Shown here: piece after piece, positions 24,801-37,394 of the stretch
Numbering within the stretch: the first letter of the stretch is position 1
Layout: every line of letters starts with the position of its first letter
Source: Vitrella brassicaformis CCMP3155
Taxonomy: Eukaryota > Protista > Chromerida
Direction: 5' to 3'
Assembly (NCBI GenBank): GCA_001179505.1
Contig: CDMY01000007.1
Location: 150,470 to 214,469 of the forward strand
DNA: 64,000 bases
The notes under the pieces: generated by a model
Databases searched by the model: none
Told to the model about the DNA's origin: nothing
What the model saw: the letters and a program-made list of their open reading frames with translations, nothing else
Translations under genes and position numbers: made by a program

Positions 24801-27800
24801 ATGAAGGCTCAGAAGGCTCGCTCACCCTGTTCCTTTCGTTGGACGGAATCTCAGTAACATCGACCATACCTGCAAGGAACAATGCCCCACATACACAGTA
24901 GACAAGTTGTGCCCGACATATTGCTTACCGTAGAATGAGAGATTGCAAGTGTATTTCAAGACGAAATCGGCGACGCTCACCCGCTGATATGCAAGATGTG
25001 GACCTGAACGAACAAGCAGAGTTTCTTGCGTGTTTTGCTCCGTGTGCCCTTGTCCCCGACTTGTGATTTTGTTGATAAGCTTGGCCAGCGCAGCGAACGG
25101 CAGTGGGACAATAGCCTTTGCCTTCGTCAGCCACTTCCCAAAGCCGCCCTCCATTTTCGTCCGGACTCCGGTAACGCTTGCCCGAGTGCTCCATGTTCCC
25201 GCAGATAGGTCCCACGCGCCCGTCGGCCCGACCAGGTGGGGCGCGATCAGCGGAGCGACCTCGAGGAAAAACCAATGGAGAGGAATCGACTTCCGGCTGT
25301 ACGGCTGGACCTCGATGGATGCGCATGTCTTGAGAATAGGAAAACCTGTCAGACACAGTTACCGGAGGGATATGCGTGCTTTCGAGACAGCTGCATATTC
25401 CTACCGCCATCTGCGGCTTTTGTCCTCCCCTCGCTAAAGAATCGACCAAGCTGCCTGACGAATCGAAGCAGCAGGATTCTAACAAGCACGCTAATGTAGC
25501 TGCCGATCGATACCTCATGCCCATTTCACCGAGGGCGATCGGATTGATTGGGAGCCCCAGTAATCGCGTTCTTCCCTGTGGACTTGGCAGGTGGATAGTA
25601 AAGGGGAGGGACGTCGAGTTTTGAATCTGGATGCACGTCCCGACAGACAGATTGCAGATGCCCTCGTCCCAATTGATTTGCGGCTCAACAAGAAGTTTGG
25701 AGCCGATCTTCGCAAGGGTACCCAAAGCAAGACACGCAAATACTCATGTAGTGCATAAGAGCAAAAATTCTTGCGGACCTTGTCAACCTTGTAGGCTTTT
25801 GCCCGTGTGTGGTCATACTGAAGCCGTCCCACTTGCTTCCAGTTCCTAGCCGTCAACAGATCCCCGTGCAAAGTGTGCGATCGCGACCCGAGCGCCCGTC
25901 TCTCCAGAGCACTGTCGACCGTCACGTCAAGCTCGCTGTCAGCAACGCTTTCCCTCATTCCAGCGTTTGCCCGCCCTTCTTCCATTCGCAAGATCTCGAG
26001 GAAGTTCTGTGCTCCTCTTGACGTGCCGAATAGAAGCAGGTCGTCTTCCTCGATGCGAAAACCATCCAGTCCCTCCATCCCACGGCAGAAGTCTGCGACT
26101 TGTCGACCAGATTTTTGTCCCCTCACTTTGTGTTGCAGGGCGCTTCTTGTCGTAGCTTGAGGTGCGCTTCCTTGTGATAACTTCGTGGGGTATATGTCTT
26201 GTATCACTTGCTTGAAGCCCGCCCAAGTCGCATTGACAGTTGCGCTAACCCCTTCTTGGATGAAACCCCGAGCCTGGGAGCTGTGCGGGGACTGGTCGGG
26301 CAATCGGTCGGTGGCTGGCTTGGGTGCGTCGTGGTATGTGTACGTAGTGTGGTCGTCCAAAGGGATGTTGCACGCCAGGTCGACAAGTTGGGCATTAGAG
26401 ACACGACATGCCTCAAGCTCACGCAGCTTCCCAATCCACCTGAGCGACTTTGATGGACTTGGATGATCCTCCCCCAATTCGTGACGGATCCTTCCGCTGA
26501 CCGCTGATCGGCAGTACAGGAGAAGCTCAGCCGCCGTGTCATTGTGGATGCGAAACGTGGTGATGGTCAGCGGCCGCTCGACAGCCCTGTCGCTCTTCTT
26601 AATCTCACTGTGAAGCCGTGCCACCACTTGAACGAAGGACGACGTGATGTCCAGATTCAGGCGATCGACGAAAACCGTCACAGTGTACGGAGACGCCTGC
26701 TCGCGTCGTATGCGAGAGCTCCTGCGCTGCCGGGGGAGCAGAGAAGGCTCTCCGGCCTGGAGCTTCTCTGTCGAAGCTGGTACAGCAGCTGGTCTCGGCA
26801 CTTCTGTCGTTGCAATGGGTTTACCACCTTCACTCGCCTCGTCAAGGGAGGGGTGACGTTGGCGAGAGAAGTTGAGGGTAACTTTAAACTCCTGAAGGAT
26901 GCGCTGCTGCGTGTTGGCCAGCGAGTTGTGGCAGGTGCAGTCGATCTTGAATGTGCTCATGAATCCACCTCTAGCGGGCGAAACCGGATACGACCCTTCC
27001 AATTTGAAGTTTTTCACCGCGAAGGACACAAGCTGCAGCTGCATGTCGAGGACCTTGAATGATACTTCGCAGATGTCGACTCGCAGGGTGAGGCGACGCT
27101 TGTGGGGCTTTCGTGAGACAGGCGAAGTACCTGGCACGGCTGTCTCGACCAGTCGCTGATGTCCGACAGCGGCGAGAGAAACGCTCTCTGTGACATTCGG
27201 CCCATCATCATGATATTCAGAAGCAGCTGAAGAGGGGGGGGCTCCCTGGCCAGAGATCTCCTCATCAGGCGCCGTCGCATCGAAGAGCGGCGTGAACAGC
27301 CACTCGAGCGGGTCGACCGTTTCTCCAGCTGTCGAAATACTCCCTGTCTCAGCCTCTTCAGCGGCCTCGCGCTGCGGAGTCGGCTGATGCCGCCTCCTGA
27401 ATCCCACAGGAACTCGTCGCCTGCCGGCTTCCCTGAAAGCGTGGCGCCTCATTTGGTGCCGCTTCATCAGTGCTGGAGACATGTCCTCTCCTGCATCGTC
27501 TGCTTCGTCCTCAGAAGACGTGTTGGCCGGCAAAGGGGCCGATGCCCGACGGCGACGAGAGCTGGGTTGACTGACTCCTGTCTTCTCCTGCAAGGAATCT
27601 CTTAGACTGAATTTTGTCCTTCTTCTTTTTGGGTCATTTCTGGCACCGAAAAGCCGTCTCAACATTGTCAATCGCCCTGGAGCTTCGCTGGCGACAGTCA
27701 CGATTTCTGAGGGTTCCTCTGCAATCCTGCTGACCTCGCCGGGTAAATCCAGCGAGCCACTGTGACTTGCCCTTCGCAATGCCGATTCAGCTTCCCTCTC

Positions 27801-30800
27801 CCTTTCTTGCCCAGTCTTGAGGGTTGATGCCTTCCATGGCATTGTCAACACATGAGGGAGCGATACCTTGCGCTGTGATGATGCAGATAGTCTCCTCTTT
27901 TCGTCTTCTTCATCCTCGTCTTGGCGCTCATCTGACATTCTTCGCTTTTTTTGCAGCTCGTCAGTGCTGATCAGTCCCAAGTGGTCTTGTGTCACGCCGC
28001 GCTCAAACTCAGGCGAGAATGTCGCTACATAGTGCAGCTCTTGGCCCTCCTCTCGATCGCTCTGGACAATTGTCTTCCAGCTGGCACGCAGCTCATTGAT
28101 AGTGTGGTTGAGCTGTCTCGACAGAGTACGGAAGCGGCGAGAATTCTCAAATGACATCCGCACTCGGATCTCGTGGACATGGTTGGAAGGACGACCAATG
28201 CGCTCGACGGTCACCTCTCGCAGACCCGGACTGCCCTTAACATTCGCGTACACTTGGTTCATCTCAAAGAAGCAGTCATCTCTGTTGGATGCCCTTTCAA
28301 CCAGCATCGACCCTGTTGGCCCAGTGAGGATTGGTGGGGATGGAGGGCGAGAGGCGGAGGGGGCACGTTCACTGTCAGGGCGCGGCGAGCGGGCGCCGGA
28401 AGGGGATGGGCTAGCAGAGCTTGTGGATGATGACGATGACGGTATAGGCGAACCTACCGCGCCTTGGCTGTTGTCTTCTCCTGTCTCGCGCGCCTCTGTG
28501 TTCTTGATCTCGGGCCATCCGTACAGCATCAAGAGCTCCTCTAGGTGGCACGAGACGTTCGACAAGTGTGGCTGCTTCTTTGCCGTCAACTCGAATCCAA
28601 GCAGGATGCCGACGGTCAGATCCGAGCCCTTTCTGACATCTGTGCGGTTGCTTGGAGGTAGCGATGCAGGATTGGACAAGGAAGGGATTGTTACAGCCGA
28701 TGGCACGCTATCGTCACCGATCTCAGGGGTGCCACGCTCAAACGCCTGGAAGGCGTCGATCTCATTGCTCGTGTGCAACACTTGCAGAGATGGCGTGAAG
28801 TGGACGTCGTCGACAACAGAAGGCACGTACTGGCCATGTCGCACAGCTGACGGCGTCTCCCAACCCATTACAGCCACAGTCGACCGCCGGGTCTTAGCGT
28901 CAGGCTTCTCGTTTGCAAGCTTCGGCTCCGCTTGAATCCCACGTGGCCTTTCTGCCGTCTGACTTGGTTGCTTCTTGATGCCTAGAAGTTCCTCATCGCT
29001 GGGCAGCGGAGGCAGCCAGATCTCGAGAGATGAGACGTGAATGGTGACCAACTGTGTTGCGATCGGCCTGGTAGGCGGAACGGTTGGCATAGAAGGCTCT
29101 TCGTATCGTTTGCACGCATCCCCTTGCTTAGCACCATCGTCATGCCTGACAATTCGCATGAACACCACCTGACCCATGAGAGTCGCAACTTTCTTTCTGG
29201 CAGCTCACCTTTGTACGAGCGCCTTAGTCATTCTCATCACTCCATGCAAGGTCCTACCCACTGTACCAAACATAGTCGACGGGCGAGACATGATCCCAGA
29301 CGCGCTGCGAGGACAGAGGAGACGAGTTAAGCCGCGGCTTCGTTCGGGAATTGTGTTATCCCACCTGGTCTTGTCTTCAGACCTCACGTCATCCGCAGGG
29401 GGTGCATCTTCCTCTTCCGTCCTCCTGCCTCCGAAACCTTGGGGCGGCTTCAGGTTTCGCGAAAGAGAGCGAATGAATGGATTTGACGATAGCCTTCTTT
29501 CGCCTGCCGTGATGGCGGCCTGCGATATTTGGTCATCGGCAGATACGAAAGAAGGTTGGCGTGCGATCGGGCCCAATGTGCGAGCGGCCGCCGACGATGC
29601 TAGGCTCTTTGGGCCTGGCATCTGATCCATCGAAGGAGGAGACGGGCGACGAAGCAAAGAGATCGATCGCAAAGGATCCGTCCTTATTGACGCTGGCCTT
29701 GACACCGCAGAAGAGTCCTCATCGGGCATTGGAGTCGGACGGAAATGCTCGGTTGCCACAAGGATATGCTGGTCTAAAGGCAAGTTGTAGACACGGAGCA
29801 CACTCTTTGTTGACCTGCCTTCATTTTAATGTGCCATCTCACCTGGTTTCTGAGGCGTCAGGGTTATTGTCTTGCGCAGTGTCCTAACAGCCCCGCTCAT
29901 CATTCTAATAGGCTGCCACACCCGTGAGGTTCGCTCCTTCTCCTCATGCCCTGTGCCGCAACCTCCCATGTCTCGCATGTCTGCGCTGTACTCGAGGTCG
30001 GAAAGAAAGTGAGAGGGCTCTGATTCCTCGCGCAGTTGGACCGTCAGCCCAGGAGCGCTCGACCGCACCTGCCGAGAGTGGCCGGTGCTGGCGAGATGAG
30101 CCACGACGACGATCTCTGGAAGCAATAGCAGTAAAGCCCTGGTGTCTGTGCCGACACGATGCTTGGAAGGGGGACGCGGGACTGCTTCAGACGACAGGTC
30201 AGAAGAGATCCTGAAAGTGGAGGTGCGTGCAGTCGTGAAGTGCATTGAGGTAGGCTGGATTGAGTGGCTTGGCGAAGGAGCTGTGATATCGTTGTTGAAT
30301 CGCAGGACCCCACCAAGAAAGCGGAACAGCGGAACAATGAGATGCAGACGCAGCTCGATCCGCAGGTTCTGGAGATTTGTAAAGGACTGCTGCAAGTACT
30401 TGCTCTTGTGAATGCTCCAGGTGAGCTGCTCGCGCGAGGGCTTCTTGTTAGTGCGCGCTGAAGGGGTATGGCTCGGAAGCGGATGGCTGGCCTTGAGTGC
30501 GATGGTGTTCGTGATCAGAGACTGCTGGGCCCGGTCCAGCATTGTCACGTTCCGAACAGAAATGTCAGCGCTGCGAGGAGGTCACAAGAAGAAACAAAAG
30601 CTATGTGCAGTGTATCCTGATGATGAGATCCTACCTGAGTTGGCCTGGCACTGACGCCAAATGCGCTTGGACCTGCTTGAGCTCAAAAGTCACGATATAC
30701 TCGTGTGCCTCGCGCCCTTGCCTCTCTTCTTCCGCGCTCAATTCCTGCTTCAGGCCAAGCCTCACATGGTCCAGCTTGAAAACAAACTCCCTCTGACGCG

Positions 30801-33800
30801 CCTTGCCTGCTGTCCCATTCCCCGTGGACACTTGAGAACGCAAAGATGGATGTGTCGACGCTGAACACGGCGAGAGAGCCACAGCTTCTTGCTCGGACGC
30901 GACGCCTTTCAAGTTGATGTCAATTCGTGGAGCGGGGACGGTCGATGTGCATGCGACGAGGTATTGTACATTGGACATGCCGCAAGGTTGGCTCGGCGTG
31001 GCGGACACCTTGAGTGCGACGTTAAGGTCATTCAATGTGGGAAGCAGCAGCTGATGACCACAGAAGCAGGTGGAAGTGACAGAGTTGTTCATATGTGCTC
31101 ACACCTGTATCCCTCCCAACTCAAGAGTCGTCGTCATGTTCTGTGGCACGCGATCCCAGATACCAGTCGGCGTCTCCTTCTCGTGTCTGTCTTCTTCTTG
31201 TCGCTCTTGAGCCTCTGGAAGTGAGGCAAGGGCAGGTGGGGGAGAGACGTCCTCCAAAGAAGAGCAAGACGACGATGAAAGGTTGAGAATGGAATCCTGC
31301 CATGGCCTGGAATGCGCAGCGACCGAGCGTGATGCACCTAGACTGAAGAAAAGTCAAAGACGATGAAGAATCAATGAGACACGAGACCCGTGTGATGGCT
31401 CACTGCTCGGAGAGATTCTCCTGCCACTGCTGCGTATGCTTGATGAAATCTTGGACCATGCGGATCTGCACAAAAGGACAAAGAATGTACAAATGGATGG
31501 CAGCACTCGAAATTGCCACTCCGTGCTCACCGTGTGTGGGTGGCATCTCAGCCGGGTGGTGGCAATCTTGGTCACAAACCTCTTCTGTTTTCCATCGGAT
31601 GTCGTCAGCTCCATCTCGATATGCCTCTCCATCCCCATCTCGTCTCCTTGGTTCACTTGGAACATGACTGGAAAGACGACAGGCGGTGTGTGATCGGCCA
31701 CGATGGCCGCAAATGGAGGCAGCCACGGCAAACATTCCTCGAAGTCAGGATGATACCACAGCTCCTTGTGGAGCCGCTCCTCAAGCGTCAAGCCTCCTGT
31801 TCCGTCAATTGTCGCATCGCCCTGCATCTCTCCGGCTTCGTTCCACAAGGATGGAAACACATCGCGGTGAAGCGATGACAAAAGGGACGCACGCGAGAAG
31901 CCTGCGTGAGCCCGATGGCCGGACAGTGTACTCCCTGGCCGCCCCGAGCTGACAGTCGATCGTCGCGCTGACTGGCTTGTTGGTGAAGTTTTGGCACCTT
32001 CGTCAGCGGCCTTGTCGTCCATCAGTGTGGTTGCGCGCCGCAGAGACGCCGACTGATGCAGATGCTTGATAAGCGACGAGGGTGAACCTGTCAGCGAAGG
32101 CGACGCTTCCGCCTGACCAATGCTGGCTGTGCTTGTGTGACTGCGGCGCAGCGATTGAGAGATGGAAGAAGAGGGGCGCGGGCTGACAGAAGAAGGCCCT
32201 CGATTATCGTCATTGTCGATGTGCCACAGATAGATGCGGTCGACGTGAAAGAAGAACTGCAAGGTCTCCTGCTGTGGCACAAATCGATCGCCGTCCCTTC
32301 TGGCGGATGATGCAAGCGAAAAAGGCAGCTTCTCAGCCCAATTGGCACGGAAGGAGACGTTGTGGACGACGAAAGCAGTGAGTAGCCATGTGGCATTTCG
32401 CATGATGCCGATTTCAATGCGATCGACTCTCAACTTGATGACATGGACCGGTCGGGTAGCCTGGGGGGCCAAGGAAACTCGCGTTTGTATGCCGGGGTCA
32501 GAGTCAAATTCGCCCTTGAAGTACACTCGGAAACCTGGGCGAATTCGACTCATCAAGACTATTCAGATTCCCATGCTGTCTCACCATAATTGTTGACATC
32601 GACGACGGCCGTTCTCCCCTCAACACGCTCCCAGTGGCTTCCTCGTTCTCCTTCTCGATTCGCAGGGCCCCTCAGCCAGTCATCGACAGTCAAAATGACC
32701 GACACCGCACTTTCTGGCGCCAAACTGGTAGGAGACTGCCCGTCAGCAGAACGCAGCTCGCTTCGTAACACATCTTCTTCACAAGGCGCGTCGCTGGCGG
32801 CTCCTCCATCGGCGTTGACCATGTGGATTCCGACGTTGTGGACGAATGTGACAACTTTGGCAGCGGTGGATGCGATGCGAGAAAGGGGAGATGGAGCGGC
32901 TGACGAAAGATTGGCGCCCACTGCGAGGCTGTGGGGTGATACCGCAAGAGTAGAGATGGGACTGGAAACGGTAGCAGAAGGCTCCGACTCGCCAGCAAAG
33001 AATTCCTGAGGCGCAGCCAAAAACCTGAGACACAAAGTCTTGCTTCTTTGAGTGAGCTGACTTCCTCTTACACGTGCGAACTTGACGAAACCAAGGGTAG
33101 CAGCAAGAAAGGATGCCGTGGGAAAGAGATGAATCGACACGAGATGCATTGACACATAGAGTTCTTTATCATCAACGGCTTTGGCTGAGTTTTTCTCCTC
33201 GCGACGCCCATAGCGCACCACTATCGACACCTGGAGAAGATCGGCAGAAATTGTTTGCCTTCATTGGATGCCACTCGTACCTGTCCCTTGTTTCTGCCGG
33301 CGACAGTCGACGTCCCAGACATGACCGTCCACTCTGACGCCGTAGGCGACGTTCGCTCCTTCATTTTGTTAGTAAGTGCTGCCACGTGGGCAATGTGCTT
33401 GGAGAAAACCACAGACGGTCTGTGTCAAAATGAATTTGGACCAGCGCGGACAAGCAAGAAGGGGGCACGATCCGCATACCTGTACGATTTTGATGACAAC
33501 ACTTCGATGTACTCGACAAATATTTCATCCAAATGCAGACTCAGTGAGAATCCCGCATCCCCACAGGGATCTGAGTGACGACATGCAAGAGACACAAGGG
33601 TGGCAACAAGACTCATTCATGCTCACCATAAACAAAAAGAAGCCCTTCAAGCCTCGACATGAGCCACAGGTTGCGCTTGCGATACACATATAAAGCAATC
33701 TGCAATGAAAGCCATCACGAGATACCCGTCTGCAGTGGCAGCTTCATGCTTGACCTCTGGCTTCTCTTGCCTGGTTCGCCCTTATGTCGAAGCATTGGTT

Positions 33801-36800
33801 TGGCGTCTCTTGTTCCGCAATCCGTGTCTCCTCTGCCAAACTCTGCCTCCTCTGCCATCGAGGAAGGAATCCTTTGAAGTTCTTGACAACAATGAACAGC
33901 GCAGTGCTGACGGAGACCTCCATTTCGGCGACGCGTAATTCGAGTTTTCTTGGCGAGTACACGACAGACAGATTGGGCACCATTGCCAGCTCTGCTGTTG
34001 GACCCCTTCCATCAAACTCGTCACCGTCGTAGCTGGAGCCTTCGGCAAACGCTTGGGATGAAGCGGCGTGGACAGCGACTGTCTGAGAGTCGGGGTGATA
34101 CTCTAAGTCGAGAGCAGTTGCTTGGACGAGCGTATGCGGGATGTCTGTTGCGTCAGAGGGACTGGCGGGAGCTTCGGGGCGAAAGCGGACAGCAGCCTCC
34201 GCCGCCTCGACACGCAGCCGCTGAAACCGCGCACTGTCTGACTGCCCTGCCGCGACGGCCGCAACAACCTGCAGACACGAATAGACGCGAAGCGATCTGT
34301 TGGCTGAAAGTGATAAGTGTTAATAGGCGGAATGTTACCTCTGCAGCACTTTCATGGTGAGTTCGCGCAAGCCATTGGGCATTCACCTCTGATGAAGGAA
34401 GGATGTCTTGCACAAGGGATAAAAGGAGCCGCGCATCGCCCCGGACGTGAGAGAAATCGATCGAGTAAAAGCGTTCACGGTCCTGGAAAAGCGAGCAATT
34501 AGAAAAGGACGTTGTGTTCTTTATTTGTGTACGTACTCGTGAATCTGTGTATGTGAGAGAGTCTGAGGGGCCATCACAAGCACACCGCTGCCCCATCTGC
34601 GTTTCGCTTTCGCACCGGATGGCCGAGCCAGCTTCTTCGTCACCATTTCCATTCTTCACGCGATCTGTCTTCCTCCTGACTGCCCGCTTTCCCATCTCGT
34701 CCACCGATTCGGAAATGTCTTGACTGGCGCGTCTCTTGTGGACTCGTGTGGGGCGAGCCGGCACATCTGTTAAACAGGAAATGGCAGCCATGCCGACTTG
34801 CGTTGTACACGGCGAGACTTACCTGTCTCCTGCACTGACGGCGATGGAAGCGGTCCGGCGTGCAGTAGCACTGATGAAGGCTGCGATGCCGATACTTGCA
34901 GCGCATAATCCATTTCGCTCGTTGCAAGCCATTCGCTTATAATCTCCTGAGTGCCGCTGGTGACCTCTTCGAAGGCGATGTGCGTTGTCTTCCTCTCTCC
35001 CGCCTCAGACGTCATCTCAAAGCCTTGAACACTTGCCCACTTGGACGTACTTGCATGAATGGGTGGGACGGGGGCAGCTGTGTCGCTTGGGGGGGACAAA
35101 ACTGAGGACTCAAGCCGTGAGTGGGCTGGGAGGAGCGACGGATCAGGCAGTGGGAAGATGCGAAGCAAAACGCGAGGAATAGACACCTGCCGAAACACGG
35201 AAAACATTGAAGGCTTTGTGACGAAGAATCGTGGCATCTTTCACACCTTTATCGTTTGATCTAGTCCGAACCAGTGCAGCGCTCTTGTTTCAGGCTGCGC
35301 TTCGCCCTCTCCATGTCTGCCCTCATCGGACGGGTCGCTCGACGTCTCGTCAAGTCGCTCATCGATGCTGGCCTTGTTGAGGTCGCTTGAGGGATGAAGG
35401 GAGGCTGATGAAAACAGACAAATATACAAGACTAATGCAACAGTCTTCAGCCCTGCTACGGACCTCGGGCGTGATGCTGCCCTGCTTGACAACAGACCGA
35501 TCCCCAGATAGAAGGTCGGATCTAACGCAAGCAAAGAAACTCGATCGGATAAGAAAAGGCGGTATTTGATGTTGTCTCACATTCTCTTCCATTTCCCGTT
35601 GCAATTTCCGATGCGCCTCCTTTTGCAGGTGAATAAGGCTTGTACCTGCAAAGTGGCGCTCCATCTCTTGGAGCTCTTGTCTGGCGGCAGAGACGAACGG
35701 AGCAGTGGCGGCTGCAACGACAGCGCCCTGCAATTCGATAAATCTCATCAAGGACAGACGGAACACTTCTTTTCTTGGCAACTCACATGTGTGTGTCTCC
35801 TTCCAGCAGCCTCTATCCACAGGTCTACGTAGCGTGCCGCTTCCTGTCAACAACGAAAGCACAAGAGCAATCGTGATCGATGGCTGTGGACAGCACGCAC
35901 CACTCGTGTCATTCATGTTGGAGAAGATACAACACACCTGTGTCCGGGGATCTATGCCAGTCGGTAGCCTTAAACCCTTGGCGAAAGTCCACCAAAGGTC
36001 CAGGAACCTGATCCAGTAGCACACCCTCTCAACAGCGCGTGTTGGTGGCCAGGTTAGATGCTCACTGGTAGATGGTCCACAGGGCGTTGAGAATGTGGTC
36101 CGGAAGCGCCAAAATAAGAAGAGGCTTCTCCGACTGCTCCTGTTGTGTGACAGATGGGAATGCAGTCACGGTGATTGCGAGCAGGAAGAGAGGGAGGTCG
36201 CTGAGATTGAAACTGAGGGGGGCCGACAAATGCCATCGGCGAACCTCGATAAGCACTGAACAAAGGAGGAACACTCCCGCTGTTGCCCGGTCGCACACAT
36301 ATGCGTTACTTACAGTTGCTGTCCTCCAAGAATTGCTGCCTTGGCCCTCTGAGCAGCGACTCTGTCTCGTCTTCTGCGCCCACTTTTGCCTGCCCGATCT
36401 CCCCTTCTGCCGTACTCTCCTCTCGTCCTGTTGCATCCCTCTCGTCCTGCGGCGGTGGGATGTATGCAAAGCTTGCCCGCTCAAAGCGGACAACTTTGCC
36501 GTCGAAAAGAAGCCGTTTCAGCCCCTGTTGCTCCCTTTCGTCCATTTCAATCTCGTCCTCATCGCCACTTGGAGGCCCGACGTGGAGCACCGAACAATTG
36601 ACGCGGATGCCGAACGAGTGGGGAGGCAGGCAATCAGCAATAAGGTCAAAGCAGAACTCCTCGGCTCGAACCTTCATGACGCCAATCGCTTTGCGCTGAA
36701 TTCGCTCGCTGAAGCTGAATGCTTCGCCGCCTCCAAGGCGAACCGCCCCTCCCCTGTCGGGTCCTCGCCATGAACGAAGGAAGTTGTACCAGGCTGTCAA

Positions 36801-37274
36801 AAGCCGTGTCTTGGAATTCTCGTGCTTCTCCCTCACTGCTGCAGCGTCCCATGTCGACGGGTCCCTCAGCCGTGCCACGATATGCATTCTCCTGGCCTCA
36901 ACTAAGAGGAAAGGCTGCTCGTCTGTGCGCGCAGCACTTTCCTCTCCATTATCTTGTTGCCGTTGCTTGGCCACCGAGGGCCCCGTAGAATCAAAGAGAG
37001 TCTTCCATGCGAACCTGACTCGGACCCAGTCCGCCTTTCCCCTCACCAGGTCCAGCGGCAGGCTACACACGGAAAGCAGAATAGAAACGATATGGCTGTG
37101 TTGTGTGTTTCTGTGTTTGTGTTACTCCAGCAGGTCGAGGATGGCTCCTTTGAGCGGCACATCCGTCAGCTCGATGTCGGGATCTGTGAGGGAAGCAATG
37201 CTCAACTGGCGGTCAATGTCCTCAACTGTAAAGAAACGACTAAGATGCTGCTGAATCAGGCGACCGATTATCAT
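18851..37274 (-). CDS. VPS13: VPS13-family bridge-like lipid transfer protein, about 18.4 kb and dozens of exons
   Basis: Chorein-N start MIIGRLIQQHLSRFFTVEDIDRQLSIASLTDPDIELTDVPLK..LPLDLVRGKADWVRVRFAWKTLF. VAB-like repeats (TFRIHNDTAAEL, IQIQNSTSLPF, IEPFIAVKNALPFPITLEV). APT1/ATG2_C-like end (VQIAPFGLNVEMG, GFGSFLAVVKGLIDGVIALFVEP, GFLDGLWKGLSG, SPIFGSLNFAASVCEGISN). Stop at 18851. Confidence 0.9.
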
Positions 37275-37394
37275 GCGAACGACACGAGAAATCATCGTCG
37301 CGAGGAAACGAGGCTCCAAGTTGCTATCGATTCTGCATGCACTGGCAGACTTAGGCCCCCAGCTCGCCCCCCAGAATTGTGAGGAAACTTCGCG
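37275..37394. promoter_or_regulatory. 120-bp bidirectional spacer between VPS13 and kinesin, containing TGCATGCA and AGCTCGC
   Basis: The ATGs at 37274 (-) and 37395 (+) face away from each other. TGCATGCA is at 37334-37341 and AGCTCGC at 37361-37367. Confidence 0.55.

Noticed and set aside
28096-28935. 279-aa plus-strand ORF, and similar plus-strand ORFs across 19-37 kb
   Set aside because: Antisense shadows of VPS13 exons; the family motifs are on the minus strand.
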